A stretch of 64,000 nucleotides of DNA. Source: Gammaproteobacteria bacterium (lineage in GTDB: Bacteria > Pseudomonadota > Gammaproteobacteria > Natronospirales > REEB76). Made by a program: the position numbers and the translations under genes. This document shows, one piece after another, positions 10,752 to 22,114 of the stretch. Where the stretch lies: positions 76,231 through 140,230 of the forward strand of contig DATEHU010000033.1 in the NCBI GenBank assembly GCA_035279405.1, written 5' to 3'. The notes under the pieces were generated by a model, which did not search any database, was not told the DNA's origin, and saw only the letters and a program-made list of their open reading frames with translations. Position 1 is the stretch's first letter, and the number at the start of each line of letters is the position of its first letter.

Positions 10752-12229
10752 TCGGCCGCCACCCCCACGTGAGTCTCGTGCCGCGCTTTGGTCCGCACAC
10801 GCTCCGGCACCGGCTTGGGCTGCATGAGCCTGGGTATGACTGCCGGCCACAACAGGAAAATCACGCAGTAGCCGAACGGAATCAGCCACGACCACATCTT
10901 GAGGTGCGCAATGCTCGGCACCCAGCTCATCCAGTCGAGCAACGAGATGATGATCATTACCACCACGAAGGTGCTGATCAGAAAAACGCGCGAGCGCGGC
11001 CGGGAATACACCCACGCCGCCACGAAGAACAGGAAGTACAACTCCGAAAGCCGCTGGCCGATCTCCGCCCAGAACAGCGTGGCGAGTTGCATGCCGATGT
11101 AACCGAGCACCAGGAAAGTCACGGCGAACAGCACCAATACCCAGCGGTACAGTGAGCCGCGGTAGCGGATGGACTTCACCGGGTTGCGATCCAGCCACGG
11201 GAGGAAGAACAGGATCACGATGGCCACCAGCAGTGCCAGCGCGCCCAGATCCTTGTTGGGGATAGAGCGCAGGATCGCGTAGTAGGGTCCGAAGTACCAC
11301 AGCGGATGGATGTCGGGCGGGGTCTTGAGTGGATTGGCGGGTTCGAAATTGGACGGTTCCAGGAACAGCCCGTGCATGCCAGGCGCGAAGAAGATGATGG
11401 CGGAGAAGATCGCGATGAACACGATCACGCCGCAGATATCCTTCATGGTGTAGTACGGATGGAACGGGATGCCGTCGAGCGGGATGCCGGTCGCCGGGTC
11501 CTTGTGCTTCTTGATCTCCACGCCGTCGGGATTGTTGGAGCCCACTTCGTGCAGCGCGATCAGGTGGAACAGCACCAGGCCGAGCAGCACCAGCGGCACC
11601 GCCACCACGTGCAGCGCGAAGAAACGGTTGAGGGTAATGCCGGAAACGCCGAAGTCGCCCTTGATCCAGGTTTCGATGGCATTGCCGATGCCGGGAATCG
11701 CCCCGAACAGCGAAAGGATCACGTTCGCGCCCCAGTAGGACATCTGCCCCCAGGGCAGCAGGTAGCCCATGAAAGCCTCCGCCATGAGCGCTACGTAGAT
11801 GAGCACCCCGAAAATCCAGATGAGTTCGCGCGGCTTCTTGAACGAGCCGTACATCACGCCGCGGAACATGTGCAGGTACACCACCACGAAGAACAGCGAG
11901 GCGCCCACCGAATGCATGTAGCGCAGCAGCCAGCCCCAGTTGACATCGCGCATGATGTATTCCACCGAGGCAAACGCTCCCGTGGCGGAAGGCTGGTAAT
12001 TCATCGCCAGGAAGATCCCGGTGAGGATCTGGTTCACGAGGATCAGGAGCGCAATCGAGCCGAAGAAATACCAGAAGTTGAAGTTCTTGGGCGCGTAATA
12101 CTCGGCGACGTGTTTCTTCCAGGTCGACGACATCGGGAAGCGCGCGTCAATCCACTCGCGCAGGCCGTGCAGCCAGCCCCCGGTGACGTCCAGGTAGTCG
12201 CGTTTCAGCTTGGGTTCTTCATTGCTCAT
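10748..12229 (-). CDS. petB: cytochrome b
   Basis: 493 aa. Diagnostic segments: NFNFWYFFGSIALLILVNQILTGIFLAMNY, WGWLLRYMHSVGASLFF, PLWYFGPYYAILR. It has about 80 extra C-terminal residues (see findings). Confidence 0.95.
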   Translation of the reverse strand: MSNEEPKLKRDYLDVTGGWLHGLREWIDARFPMSSTWKKHVAEYYAPKNFNFWYFFGSIALLILVNQILTGIFLAMNYQPSATGAFASVEYIMRDVNWGWLLRYMHSVGASLFFVVVYLHMFRGVMYGSFKKPRELIWIFGVLIYVALMAEAFMGYLLPWGQMSYWGANVILSLFGAIPGIGNAIETWIKGDFGVSGITLNRFFALHVVAVPLVLLGLVLFHLIALHEVGSNNPDGVEIKKHKDPATGIPLDGIPFHPYYTMKDICGVIVFIAIFSAIIFFAPGMHGLFLEPSNFEPANPLKTPPDIHPLWYFGPYYAILRSIPNKDLGALALLVAIVILFFLPWLDRNPVKSIRYRGSLYRWVLVLFAVTFLVLGYIGMQLATLFWAEIGQRLSELYFLFFVAAWVYSRPRSRVFLISTFVVVMIIISLLDWMSWVPSIAHLKMWSWLIPFGYCVIFLLWPAVIPRLMQPKPVPERVRTKARHETHVGVAAE

Positions 12230-12267
12230 CGAATCCCGCTCCCGGAATGTTCAGGACTGCCCGGCGT

Positions 12268-12888
12268 TCACCACACCAGCGGCTCGGTCCAGGTGGAATG
12301 CGAGTCCACCGGATCCTCGCCGATGCGGACCACCTTGTCGTTCAAGTAACGGTGCCGCGGCACCGGCAGATTCAGGGGTGCCGGCACGTTCTTGAACACG
12401 CGCCCGGCCAAGTCATAAAGCGAGCCGTGGCAGGGACAGTGGAATCCGCCCGGCCAGGTGGGACCGACGCTCGGATCACCCGGCTGCGGCACATACAGCG
12501 GCGAACAGCCCAGATGCGTGCAAATGCCCACCACCACGAACAGGTCGGGCTTGATGGAACGCCAGCCATTCTTGGCATACGCGGGTTGCTGGGGTTCTGC
12601 GGAATCGGGGTCGCGCAGCAACGGGTCATTCTTGGGCAACTCGGCCAGCGCCACCTGCCCACGCTGCACCACCCACACCGGCTTGTTGCGCCACACGGCC
12701 TTGATGAGCGCGCCCGGTTCGATCTTGCTGTAGTCAATGTCGGTAGGTCCGCCAAGCGCCAAGGCTTTGGCGCTGGGGTTCATGGAGGTGACAAACGGCA
12801 CCGCGGTGACGCATACCCCGATGGCACCCACCACGACGGTCGCAACGGTGAGGAAATGGCGTTTGCTCTGGTCTATTTCGTCGCTCAT
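12268..12888 (-). CDS. petA: Rieske iron-sulfur subunit of ubiquinol-cytochrome c reductase
   Basis: 206 aa with the Rieske boxes CTHLGCSP and CPCHGS. Confidence 0.95.
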   Translation of the reverse strand: MSDEIDQSKRHFLTVATVVVGAIGVCVTAVPFVTSMNPSAKALALGGPTDIDYSKIEPGALIKAVWRNKPVWVVQRGQVALAELPKNDPLLRDPDSAEPQQPAYAKNGWRSIKPDLFVVVGICTHLGCSPLYVPQPGDPSVGPTWPGGFHCPCHGSLYDLAGRVFKNVPAPLNLPVPRHRYLNDKVVRIGEDPVDSHSTWTEPLVW

Positions 12889-13054
12889 TCACCCCGCTCC
12901 GTACAACTCAGGCGCCACAGGCCATGGGCGGCCGGCCCGTGAGGCGGAAGATTCGGCTGGAATACTTGAAGAGTGCAGCATTATACACAGCCGCTTTGCG
13001 GCCCCGCCAGTCTACACACCCCGGGCTGACCTGACGGCGGCCGCATGCTAGCGT

Positions 13055-14173
13055 ATGCCGATGCGGACTTTGGCGGGTGCCCTTTCCTTTGCGCTGCGCG
13101 CGGTGGTCGTTGGCCTGGCGATCGCGTTCGTGGTGGTGTACTTCCACCCGTCGCTGCTCACCGGTCCGGGTCGGCTTGCGCCTTATGGCGACGCCGGGTC
13201 ATACGCCTCCGCGGTGACGGCCTCGTCTACGTCGGTGGTGAACGTATTCAGCGCACGGCGCACGCGCGCTCCGCAACTCCCCGGTGCACCCTTGGGGCGC
13301 AGCGATTTCGACAACCTGCCGCCGCGCGTCCGCACCCAGACCAGTTTGGGTTCCGGCGTGATCGTCAGCCCCGACGGCTACATCCTCACCAATTACCACG
13401 TGATCAGCGGCGCCGAGGCCATACAGGTGGGGCTTGCCGACGGGCGCAGCGCGCCAGCACGGGTGGTGGGCGTGGACCCGGACACCGACCTGGCGCTTAT
13501 CAAGATCGGCCTCCCCGGTTTGCGGCCCATCGACATGGGGCGCTCGGACGATCTGCACGTGGGCGACGTGGTGCTGGCCATCGGCGACCCCTATGGCGTC
13601 GGCCAGACCGTGACGCACGGCATCGTGAGCGCTCTCGGCCGCAGCCAGCTCGGCCTGAGCACCTTCGAGAATTTCATCCAGACAGATGCGTCCATCAACC
13701 CCGGCAACTCCGGTGGCGCGCTGGTCGACGTGCACGGCCGGCTGGTCGGCATCAATACCGCGCTGTTTTCGCCGAACGGCAGCTCCACCGGCATCGGCTT
13801 CGCTATTCCCGTAAACCTGGCGCGCGGCGTCATGCAGCAGCTTATTGCCTACGGACGCGTGCGCCGCGGTTACCTGGGCGTCGAGCCGCAGGACATCACC
13901 CCGCAACTGGCCGCGGCCTTCCGGTTGAACAGCACCGACGGGTTCATCATTACCAGCCTGGCGCCGAACGGGCCGGGCAGCCGTGCGGGCCTGGTGCCCG
14001 GCGACGTGATTCAAAGCATAGACGGCAAGCCGGTCATCAACAGCCACGATGCACTCGACCGCATCGCCGGGCAGCCGCCCGGCACCTTGGTGACGCTGGG
14101 CGGCGTCCATCAGGGCAAAGCGTTTAGCGTCAAGGTGAAAATCGCCGAGCGGCCCGTACAGGCCAGCAGCTGA
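13055..14173 (+). CDS. degS: membrane-anchored trypsin-like serine protease with one PDZ domain (DegS/AlgW-like)
   Basis: 372 aa. N-terminal TM segment ALRAVVVGLAIAFVVVYF, catalytic GNSGGALVD, single C-terminal PDZ region (GVEPQDITPQLAAAF...). The symbol is given by architecture only. Confidence 0.75.
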   Translation: MPMRTLAGALSFALRAVVVGLAIAFVVVYFHPSLLTGPGRLAPYGDAGSYASAVTASSTSVVNVFSARRTRAPQLPGAPLGRSDFDNLPPRVRTQTSLGSGVIVSPDGYILTNYHVISGAEAIQVGLADGRSAPARVVGVDPDTDLALIKIGLPGLRPIDMGRSDDLHVGDVVLAIGDPYGVGQTVTHGIVSALGRSQLGLSTFENFIQTDASINPGNSGGALVDVHGRLVGINTALFSPNGSSTGIGFAIPVNLARGVMQQLIAYGRVRRGYLGVEPQDITPQLAAAFRLNSTDGFIITSLAPNGPGSRAGLVPGDVIQSIDGKPVINSHDALDRIAGQPPGTLVTLGGVHQGKAFSVKVKIAERPVQASS

Positions 14174-14192
14174 TTTGAGTAAACAATAAGGC

Positions 14193-14280
14193 GTGAGGCG
14201 TTCGAAAGTGTAGCGCTGAAAATTTGCTCGTCAAGATTTTCTCGCTTTTTCTGACCCCTCACTCCCTCACCCCTCACTTC
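14193..14280. repeat. GTGAGG / CCTCAC heptamer-repeat element (copy 1)
   Basis: gtgagg is at 14193-14198 and cccctcactccctcacccctcacttc at 14255-14280. The element lies between the convergent degS-like and murA stops. Confidence 0.65.
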
Positions 14281-14283
14281 TTG

Positions 14284-15552
<1,269 letters not shown>

Positions 15553-15569
15553 TCAGCGTGCTCGCGGCA

Positions 15570-15848
15570 TCACGCCGCGGATTGGCGTTGCCACTCGTCC
15601 GGAGTCAGGGTACGCAGACTGAGTGCGTGTATCTCCCCGCCAATGCGTTCGCCCAACGCTCGGTACACCATCTGGTGGCGCGCCAGCGGGCGTTTGCCGG
15701 CGAACACTTCCGCGATAATGAGCGCTTCGAAGTGCGTGCCGTCCTCGCTCTGGACGCGCACTTCCGCCGTGGGCAGGCCCTGCATGATGAGATGCTCGAC
15801 TTCAGCGGGCGACACGTGCTGGCTCCGGGAACCTGGGAACCGGCACAT
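15570..15848 (-). CDS. ibaG: BolA-family protein (IbaG/YrbA-like)
   Basis: I moved the start to the ATG at 15848 (92 aa). ...VRVQSEDGTHFEALIIAEVFAGKRPLARHQMVYRALGERIGGEIHALSLRTLTPDEW parallels E. coli IbaG. It sits immediately upstream of murA, as in E. coli. Confidence 0.75.
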   Translation of the reverse strand: MCRFPGSRSQHVSPAEVEHLIMQGLPTAEVRVQSEDGTHFEALIIAEVFAGKRPLARHQMVYRALGERIGGEIHALSLRTLTPDEWQRQSAA

Positions 15849-15949
15849 GATACCCGATTGGCTGCGGGCGCCGGCACCGCGGGACCGGAACCCGCGGGCA
15901 AAACGTGTATCATGACGGCTCGCGCGTTTTTCCACGGCTGCACCTGCCG

Positions 15950-16930
15950 ATGAACCGCAACGACAACGCCAGCCTGTTGCAGCATGCCATTCAGGTTCTG
16001 CAAACCGAAGCCGCGGCCGTGGCGGCACTCGCGTCGCGTGTAGATGAACGCTTTGCCGCGGCCTGCCGCGTGCTGCTCGAGTGCCGCGGCCGGGCCGTGG
16101 TCATGGGCATGGGCAAGTCCGGCCATGTGGCCAGCAAGATCGCCGCCACGCTCGCCTCCACCGGCACGCCGGCGTTCTACGTGCATCCCGGCGAAGCCAG
16201 TCACGGCGACATGGGCATGATCACCGGCGGGGACGTGGTGCTGGCCGTGTCCAATTCCGGCGAAACCGCCGAACTGCTTACCCTGTTGCCGCTCATCAAG
16301 CGCCTCGGCGTCAAGCTGCTCACCCTCACCGGCCACCCGCAGTCCACGCTCGCCAAAGCCGCGGATGTGAACCTGGACGTGAGCGTAGCGCAGGAAGCCT
16401 GCCCACTGAACCTCGCACCCACGGCCAGCACCACCGCGGCGTTAGCGATGGGCGACGCACTCGCCGTATCCTTGCTGGAGGCGCGCGGTTTCACCCAGGA
16501 GGATTTCGCGCGCTCGCATCCCGGCGGCTCACTCGGCCGGCGCCTGTTGCTGCACGTCGAGGACATCATGCACACCGGCAGCGCGGTGCCGGCGGTGGCG
16601 CAGGACGCGCTGTTGAGCGCGGCACTCATGGAAATGACGCACAAGGGCCTGGGCATGACGGTCATCGTGGATGCAAAAAACCACGTGGCCGGAATTTTCA
16701 CCGACGGCGATCTGCGGCGTGCGCTGGACCGTGAACTCAACGTGCACCGCGCGCGCATTGCCGACGTCATGACGCGCAACTGCACTACGGTGCGTGGCGA
16801 GGTGCTCGCCGGAGAAGCCATTCGCATCATGAACGACAAGCGCATCACCGTGCTGCCGGTAGTGGACGCGGACAACGTGCTGGTCGGTGCGCTGCACATG
16901 CACGACCTGGTGCGTGCCGGCGTGGTGTGA
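15950..16930 (+). CDS. kdsD: arabinose-5-phosphate isomerase (KpsF/GutQ family: SIS domain plus tandem CBS domains)
   Basis: I moved the start to the ATG at 15950 (MNRNDNASLLQHAIQVL...). The SIS motif is VVMGMGKSGHVASKIAATLASTGTPAFYVHPGEASHGDMG. Confidence 0.9.
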   Translation: MNRNDNASLLQHAIQVLQTEAAAVAALASRVDERFAAACRVLLECRGRAVVMGMGKSGHVASKIAATLASTGTPAFYVHPGEASHGDMGMITGGDVVLAVSNSGETAELLTLLPLIKRLGVKLLTLTGHPQSTLAKAADVNLDVSVAQEACPLNLAPTASTTAALAMGDALAVSLLEARGFTQEDFARSHPGGSLGRRLLLHVEDIMHTGSAVPAVAQDALLSAALMEMTHKGLGMTVIVDAKNHVAGIFTDGDLRRALDRELNVHRARIADVMTRNCTTVRGEVLAGEAIRIMNDKRITVLPVVDADNVLVGALHMHDLVRAGVV

Positions 16931-16931
16931 C

Positions 16932-17432
16932 ATGCCCGCGGTGGAAGAACGTGCGGCGCGCGTGCAACTTGCGGTGTTCGACGTGGACGGCGTGTTCACC
17001 GACGGGCGGCTGTATTACGGGGCCAGGGGCGAGCAATTAAAGGCTTTTCACGTGCGCGACGGTCACGGCATCAAACTGCTGCTGCGTCACGGTCTACGCG
17101 TAGCGGTGATCTCGGGGCGCCGCTCGCCCGCGGTGGCGCTGCGCATGCGGGAACTCGGAATCCGTCACCTGTTTCAGGGCCGCGATGACAAGCTGGCGGT
17201 ACTGCAGAAACTCCTGCAACAATTCAAACTGGCCTGGAATCAGGTGGCCTGTGTCGGCGACGATCTTGTGGATTTGCCCTTGTTCGAATCCGCGGGTCTG
17301 GCGGTCGCGGTGGCCGATGCACAGCCCGAAGTACGCGCGCGCGCTCACCACGTGACCCGCACACGCGGCGGTGAAGGCGCGGTGCGCGAGGTTTGCGACT
17401 TGCTGCTCACCGCGCGGAACCGCAAAGCGTGA
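16932..17432 (+). CDS. kdsC: 3-deoxy-D-manno-octulosonate 8-phosphate phosphatase
   Basis: I moved the start to the ATG at 16932, 1 nt after the kdsD stop. The HAD motif is LAVFDVDGVFTDGRLYY, followed by ...VACVGDDLVDLP. Confidence 0.9.
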   Translation: MPAVEERAARVQLAVFDVDGVFTDGRLYYGARGEQLKAFHVRDGHGIKLLLRHGLRVAVISGRRSPAVALRMRELGIRHLFQGRDDKLAVLQKLLQQFKLAWNQVACVGDDLVDLPLFESAGLAVAVADAQPEVRARAHHVTRTRGGEGAVREVCDLLLTARNRKA

Positions 17433-17995
17433 GCGCGCGCTTCGCCGCGGGATTCCTGCTGCTGGTGCTGGCGGCCGCCGGCACCTGGTGGCTGCTGCGC
17501 CAGGTCGCGCCGCCCGGCGTGCCGCCGCCGGCTCCACCCACGCATGTGCCGGATTACACCTTCACCGACGCCACGGTCACGGAACTCGACACCCAGGGCC
17601 AGCCACACACTGTGTTGCGCTCGCCGCGCATGCTGCATCATCCCGACGACGACAGCATCGAAGTGTTTGCGCCGCGCATCCGCTATTTCATCAGCGGCAG
17701 TCCGCCCTGGGACGTGGCGGCGGACCACGCGCTGCTGCCCTCCGGCAACCAGCGCGTGGAACTTGCGGGTCACGTGCAAATGCAGCATCCGGCCGACAAC
17801 GGCGGCCCCGCGCTGGTGGTGCAGACGGACAAAATGAACGTGAACCTCAACACCAACATCGCCACCACGGCCGACCCCGTGGAAATCACCCAGGGCGGAA
17901 GCCGCATGACCGGCGTAGGACTGGAAGCCTGGCTCGACGACAACCGCCTGTTGCTGCAGAGTCAGGTGCGGGGCGCATATGTACACCAGCCGTAA
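17393..17995 (+). CDS. lptC: LPS export protein LptC
   Basis: It has a single N-terminal TM segment (FAAGFLLLVLAAAGTWWLL) and sits between kdsC and lptA. An in-frame GTG at 17429 forms a GTGA overlap with the kdsC stop and may be the true start. Confidence 0.75.
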   Translation: MRLAAHRAEPQSVSARFAAGFLLLVLAAAGTWWLLRQVAPPGVPPPAPPTHVPDYTFTDATVTELDTQGQPHTVLRSPRMLHHPDDDSIEVFAPRIRYFISGSPPWDVAADHALLPSGNQRVELAGHVQMQHPADNGGPALVVQTDKMNVNLNTNIATTADPVEITQGGSRMTGVGLEAWLDDNRLLLQSQVRGAYVHQP

Positions 17996-18506
17996 TTGGC
18001 GTTGGCTGGTGGCAGCCGGGCTGCTGTGCCTGGCCGTGTCGGCACTGGCGCTGAAAACCGACCGCAACCAGCCCATCAATATCCAGGCGGATCACGGCGA
18101 TTTCACCAACGATTCCAAGGCCAATACCGGCACGGGCGTGTACACCGGGCATGTGCTCATCACCCAGGGCAGCATCCGCATCACCGCCGACAAGGCCGTG
18201 CTGCACATGCGCAATGGGGAAATCCAGACCGCCGACATCACCGGCGCGCCCGCGAGCTTCCGGCAGCAACCGGACAGCGGCGCACTGGTGACCGGCACCG
18301 CCGCGGAAATCACCTACAACCAGAACAGCAACGAAGTGGATCTGTCGGGCAATGCCGAGCTGCACCAGGGCGAGCGTCTGCTGACCGCCGACGTGATTCA
18401 TTACAACACGAGTACCGAGCACGTCATCGCGCTGGGCGGCAAGAGCAGCGAGCGCGTGCACATCACCATCCCGCCCAGGGCGGCCACGCACACGCCGCCC
18501 GCATGA
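17979..18506 (+). CDS. lptA: LPS transport periplasmic protein LptA
   Basis: 175 aa with a signal peptide. [46 protein letters not shown] is the OstA-like fold signature. Confidence 0.85.
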   Translation: MYTSRNWRWLVAAGLLCLAVSALALKTDRNQPINIQADHGDFTNDSKANTGTGVYTGHVLITQGSIRITADKAVLHMRNGEIQTADITGAPASFRQQPDSGALVTGTAAEITYNQNSNEVDLSGNAELHQGERLLTADVIHYNTSTEHVIALGGKSSERVHITIPPRAATHTPPA

Positions 18507-19228
18507 GCACGCTGCGCGCCGAGAATCTGCTCAAGCGCTACCGCAGACGCGAGGTGGTGCGCAACGTGTCCCTGGAGGTCAAGCGCGGCGAAGTCGTGGG
18601 CCTGCTGGGCCCCAACGGCGCGGGCAAAACCACCTGCTTCTACATGATCGTGGGCCTGGTGCCGGCCGACGGCGGACGCATCTTCCTGGATGACTCCGAA
18701 CTCACGCCCCTGCCCGTGCACGCGCGCGCGCGTCTGGGGCTGGGCTACCTGCCGCAGGAAGCCTCGGTATTCCGCAAGCTCACGGTGGCCGACAACATCC
18801 TCGCGATCCTGGAAACCCGCCCGCGCCTGACGCGTGCGCAACGCCAGGAGCGCCTGCAGCAATTGCTCGAAGAGTTGCACATCGCGCATCTGCGCGATGC
18901 ACTGAGTTTGTCGCTGTCCGGCGGCGAACGCCGGCGGGTCGAGATCGCGCGCGCGCTGGCCGCGGATCCGGCCTTCATGCTGTTGGACGAGCCGTTCGCG
19001 GGCGTGGACCCGCTCTCGGTGCTCGACATCCAGCGCATCGTCGCGCACCTCAAGGAGCGTAACATCGGCGTGCTCATCACCGATCACAACGTGCGCGAAA
19101 CCCTGGGGATCTGCGCCCGCGCCTATATCATCAGCAGCGGCGAGGTCATTGCCGCCGGCCCGCCGCAGGCCATCCTCGCCAACCAGCAGGTGCGCAGCGT
19201 GTACCTGGGCGAGAATTTTAGGCTATAA
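18503..19228 (+). CDS. lptB: LPS export ABC transporter ATP-binding protein
   Basis: I moved the start to the ATG at 18503 (ATGA overlap with the lptA stop). [19 protein letters not shown]..., Walker [10 protein letters not shown], signature [15 protein letters not shown]. Confidence 0.95.
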   Translation: MSTLRAENLLKRYRRREVVRNVSLEVKRGEVVGLLGPNGAGKTTCFYMIVGLVPADGGRIFLDDSELTPLPVHARARLGLGYLPQEASVFRKLTVADNILAILETRPRLTRAQRQERLQQLLEELHIAHLRDALSLSLSGGERRRVEIARALAADPAFMLLDEPFAGVDPLSVLDIQRIVAHLKERNIGVLITDHNVRETLGICARAYIISSGEVIAAGPPQAILANQQVRSVYLGENFRL

Positions 19229-19339
19229 CTATCCCATGGCGTGCGGCCCCTGTCCCGCTTCCCAGGCGAAGCGTCGGGCACGGCTTCCCCGGCCGCCGGG
19301 CACGACGCAAGTTGTTGTTTGACAAAGGATCCCAGGGAC

Positions 19340-20788
19340 TTGAAAGCCACACTCGGACTCCGGCAAACCCAACGGCTCAGCATGACGCCGGAGATGCGCC
19401 AGGCCTTGGGATTGCTGCAGATGTCGGCGCTGGAACTGCGCGACACGGTGCAGAACGCGCTGGAGCACAACCTGCTGCTGGAAAGCGACGCGGACCAGTC
19501 CGAGACGCAATTCCCCGACGTTGGCGAGCCTTCTGCGGAGGCGCCCGAGCAAGACCCGGCGGAAGCCGGCGATGCCGAAGAGCTGCCGTTGGCCGACATG
19601 GACAGTGCCGATCCTGCCTCCGCCCTGGGTGCGGGCGGAGAAGAGGACTGGCCCGAACCCGCCGCGCCGACCGGCGCCAGCCTGCAGGAGCATCTGCGTG
19701 CGCAGCTGGACCTCGCGCACCTGAGTGCCCACGACAAGGCCATCGGCGCATTGCTCATAGACAGCATCAACGACGACGGTTACCTGAGCGACGGCCTCGA
19801 GGAACTGCGCCTAGCACTCGGCGATCAGGGAGCTCGGCCGGAGCCCGAAGAAATGGATGCCGTGCTGCATCACCTGCAGGCCCTGGATCCGCCGGGCGTG
19901 GCGGCGCGCAACCTTGCCGAGTGCCTCGGCATCCAGCTGCGCCAGCAGCCGGCCACCCCGGCGCGCGACCTGGCGCTGCAGCTGGTGAGCAAGCATCTCG
20001 AGGATCTCGCGGCGCACGCGCATTCCCAGCTCGCGCGCCTGCTGAACGTGAGCGCGCAGGAGCTGGCCGCCGCCGTGGTCCTGGTGCAGTCGCTCAATCC
20101 GCGCCCGGGCACCGCCTTGGCTTCCAGCACCGTGGATTTCGTGATCCCGGACGTGGTGGTTTCACGGCGTGACGGCCGCTGGGTGGTGGAACTTAACCCC
20201 GAGACAGCGCCGCGCCTGCGCGTCAATGCCCTGTATGCCGCGGCGCTCGGACGGCGGCGCAACGGCGCGAATGCCGACCTGGGACGGCAGCTGCAGGAGG
20301 CGCGCTGGCTGGTACGCAGCCTGCGCATGCGCAACGAAACCCTGCTGCGCGTGGCGCGCAGCATCGTGCGCCGGCAGATGGAGTTTCTCAATCGCGGCGA
20401 GGAAGCCATGCGCCCGCTGATGCTCAAGGAAATCGCCGCCGAACTCAGCTTGCACGAATCCACCATCTCGCGGGTGGTGGCCAACAAATACCTGGCGGCG
20501 CCGCGCGGCACGCTCGCATTCCGGCACTTTTTTTCCAACGAATTGTCTACTGATGACGGCGGCGCATTGTCGGCTACCGCCACCCGCGCCCTGATCCGCA
20601 AACTGGTCGCCGGCGAGAATCCGCAACAGCCGCTGAGCGATGACCGCATTACCCGGGAACTCGTGAGCCGCGGCATCCGCGTGGCACGACGCACGGTCGC
20701 CAAGTACCGTGAGTCCATGGCCATACCCGCGGCTCACGAGCGCAAACGCGTGGCAACGCAGCGTCAACACGAGGAACGCAAGGAGTAA
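19340..20788 (+). CDS. rpoN: RNA polymerase sigma-54 factor
   Basis: The region-I motif LKATLGLRQTQRLSMTPEMRQALGLLQMSALEL begins at an in-frame TTG at 19340. The track ORF starts 33 codons earlier. The C-terminal RpoN box is ...ARRTVAKYRESMAIP. Confidence 0.9.
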   Translation: MKATLGLRQTQRLSMTPEMRQALGLLQMSALELRDTVQNALEHNLLLESDADQSETQFPDVGEPSAEAPEQDPAEAGDAEELPLADMDSADPASALGAGGEEDWPEPAAPTGASLQEHLRAQLDLAHLSAHDKAIGALLIDSINDDGYLSDGLEELRLALGDQGARPEPEEMDAVLHHLQALDPPGVAARNLAECLGIQLRQQPATPARDLALQLVSKHLEDLAAHAHSQLARLLNVSAQELAAAVVLVQSLNPRPGTALASSTVDFVIPDVVVSRRDGRWVVELNPETAPRLRVNALYAAALGRRRNGANADLGRQLQEARWLVRSLRMRNETLLRVARSIVRRQMEFLNRGEEAMRPLMLKEIAAELSLHESTISRVVANKYLAAPRGTLAFRHFFSNELSTDDGGALSATATRALIRKLVAGENPQQPLSDDRITRELVSRGIRVARRTVAKYRESMAIPAAHERKRVATQRQHEERKE

Positions 20789-20791
20789 AGC

Positions 20792-21115
20792 ATGCAAATC
20801 GACATTACCGGTCACCATGTGGATATCACCCCGGCGCTGCGCAACTACGTGCACGCCAAACTCGAGCGCTTGGCGCGACATTTCGATCACGTCACCGACA
20901 TGCACGTGGTGCTCGCGGTAACCAAGCTGGAACACCGCGCCGAGGCCACCTTGCGCATCAACGGCGGCAAGCTGTTTGCCGACGCGGTGGAAAACGACAT
21001 GTATGCCGCTATTGACGTACTCGGCGACAAGCTCGCGCGCCAGGTGACCAAACACAAGGAGAAGCTCAGCGATCACAGCGACCGCACGAGCGTGCGCACG
21101 GATGCAGTTCCCTAG
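20792..21115 (+). CDS. hpf: ribosome hibernation promoting factor (short HPF/RaiA family)
   Basis: 107 aa starting MQIDITGHHVDITPALRNYVHAKLERLARHF. It lies directly after rpoN. Confidence 0.9.
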   Translation: MQIDITGHHVDITPALRNYVHAKLERLARHFDHVTDMHVVLAVTKLEHRAEATLRINGGKLFADAVENDMYAAIDVLGDKLARQVTKHKEKLSDHSDRTSVRTDAVP

Positions 21116-21246
21116 GCGGTGAGATTGCCCATCCGCAGACCGCCAACCCGCACCGGCGAGCGACGGCGGCGGATTTTTTGCATTCCTGCCGCGGACAGGT
21201 ATGCTGAGTGCATGAGCATCCACTACTGCCCGCTGCACGATATCGC

Positions 21247-22104
21247 ATGCGCCTCATAATCCTGAGCGGCCTGTCCGGCTCCGGCAAATCCGTGGCCCTG
21301 CGCATGCTCGAGGACCTGGACTATTACTGTGTGGACAATCTCCCGGCGAGATTGCTGGAAGACTTTGTGCGCGTCACGCTGTTGAGCGGCGATCCCGCCT
21401 ACGCCAGCATGGCCGTCGGCATAGACGCGCGCAATCTGCCCGACGACATCGCCGAAGTACCGCAGTCCGTGGCACGTGTGCGCGCCAAAGGGGTGGATTG
21501 CCGGATCGTATTCCTGCAGGCCGAAGACAGTGTGCTCATCAAACGCTACAACGAAAGCCACCGGCCGCATCCGCTGGCAGGCGCGGGCCGTTCGTTGCGC
21601 GAAGCCATCGATGCGGAACGCGAACTACTCGGACCCCTGGCGGACCATGCCGACCTGATTCTCGACACCTCGCGCACCTCGGTGCACGCGCTGAGAGAAC
21701 TGGTGCGCGCGCGCATCCAGCGTGAAGCGCGCAAGCAATTGTCGCTGATGTTCCAGTCATTCGGCTATCGCAACGGCTTGCCCGGCGATTCGGATTTCGT
21801 GTTCGACGCCCGTGGTCTGCCGAACCCGTACTGGGAACCGGAGCTGCGACCGCTTTCCGGCCAGGATGTGGCGGTGGCCGGGTTCCTGGAAAAAAGCCCG
21901 CAGGTGCAGGCCTTCGTCCACGACCTCACCGCATTTCTGGAAACCTGGATTCCCCGGTTCGAGGATTCCAACCGTCAGTACCTGACGGTTGCCATCGGCT
22001 GCACCGGCGGCTATCACCGTTCGGTGTTTGTCGTGGACCGGCTGGCAGAACATTTCAAGAACCAAGGCAGAAATGTGCTGATAAGGCACAATGAACTGAA
22101 GTAG
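21247..22104 (+). CDS. rapZ: RNase adapter protein RapZ (YhbJ)
   Basis: I moved the start to the ATG at 21247. MRLIILSGLSGSGKSVALRMLEDLDYYCVDNLP, then ...AIGCTGGYHRSV. Confidence 0.92.
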   Translation: MRLIILSGLSGSGKSVALRMLEDLDYYCVDNLPARLLEDFVRVTLLSGDPAYASMAVGIDARNLPDDIAEVPQSVARVRAKGVDCRIVFLQAEDSVLIKRYNESHRPHPLAGAGRSLREAIDAERELLGPLADHADLILDTSRTSVHALRELVRARIQREARKQLSLMFQSFGYRNGLPGDSDFVFDARGLPNPYWEPELRPLSGQDVAVAGFLEKSPQVQAFVHDLTAFLETWIPRFEDSNRQYLTVAIGCTGGYHRSVFVVDRLAEHFKNQGRNVLIRHNELK

Positions 22105-22114
22105 CGTTTGCACG

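Noticed and set aside
10752-11300. N-terminal extensions of track ORFs. Examples: petC to 11300, the YyaL-type gene from 5329, lptB from 17996, the response regulator from 34559, hppA to 58601, pfp to 59926, rnd to 62245.
   Set aside because: The extensions overlap the upstream gene or a repeat and lack similarity to the family N-termini. Internal starts reproduce the canonical N-terminal sequences, often with ATGA or GTGA coupling.
21153-21179. Possible intrinsic terminator after hpf (ccggcg-agcga-cggcgg followed by TTTTTT)
   Set aside because: The stem is only 6 bp with a G-G mismatch. The T-run is suggestive, but the hairpin is too weak to call without transcript 3'-end data.
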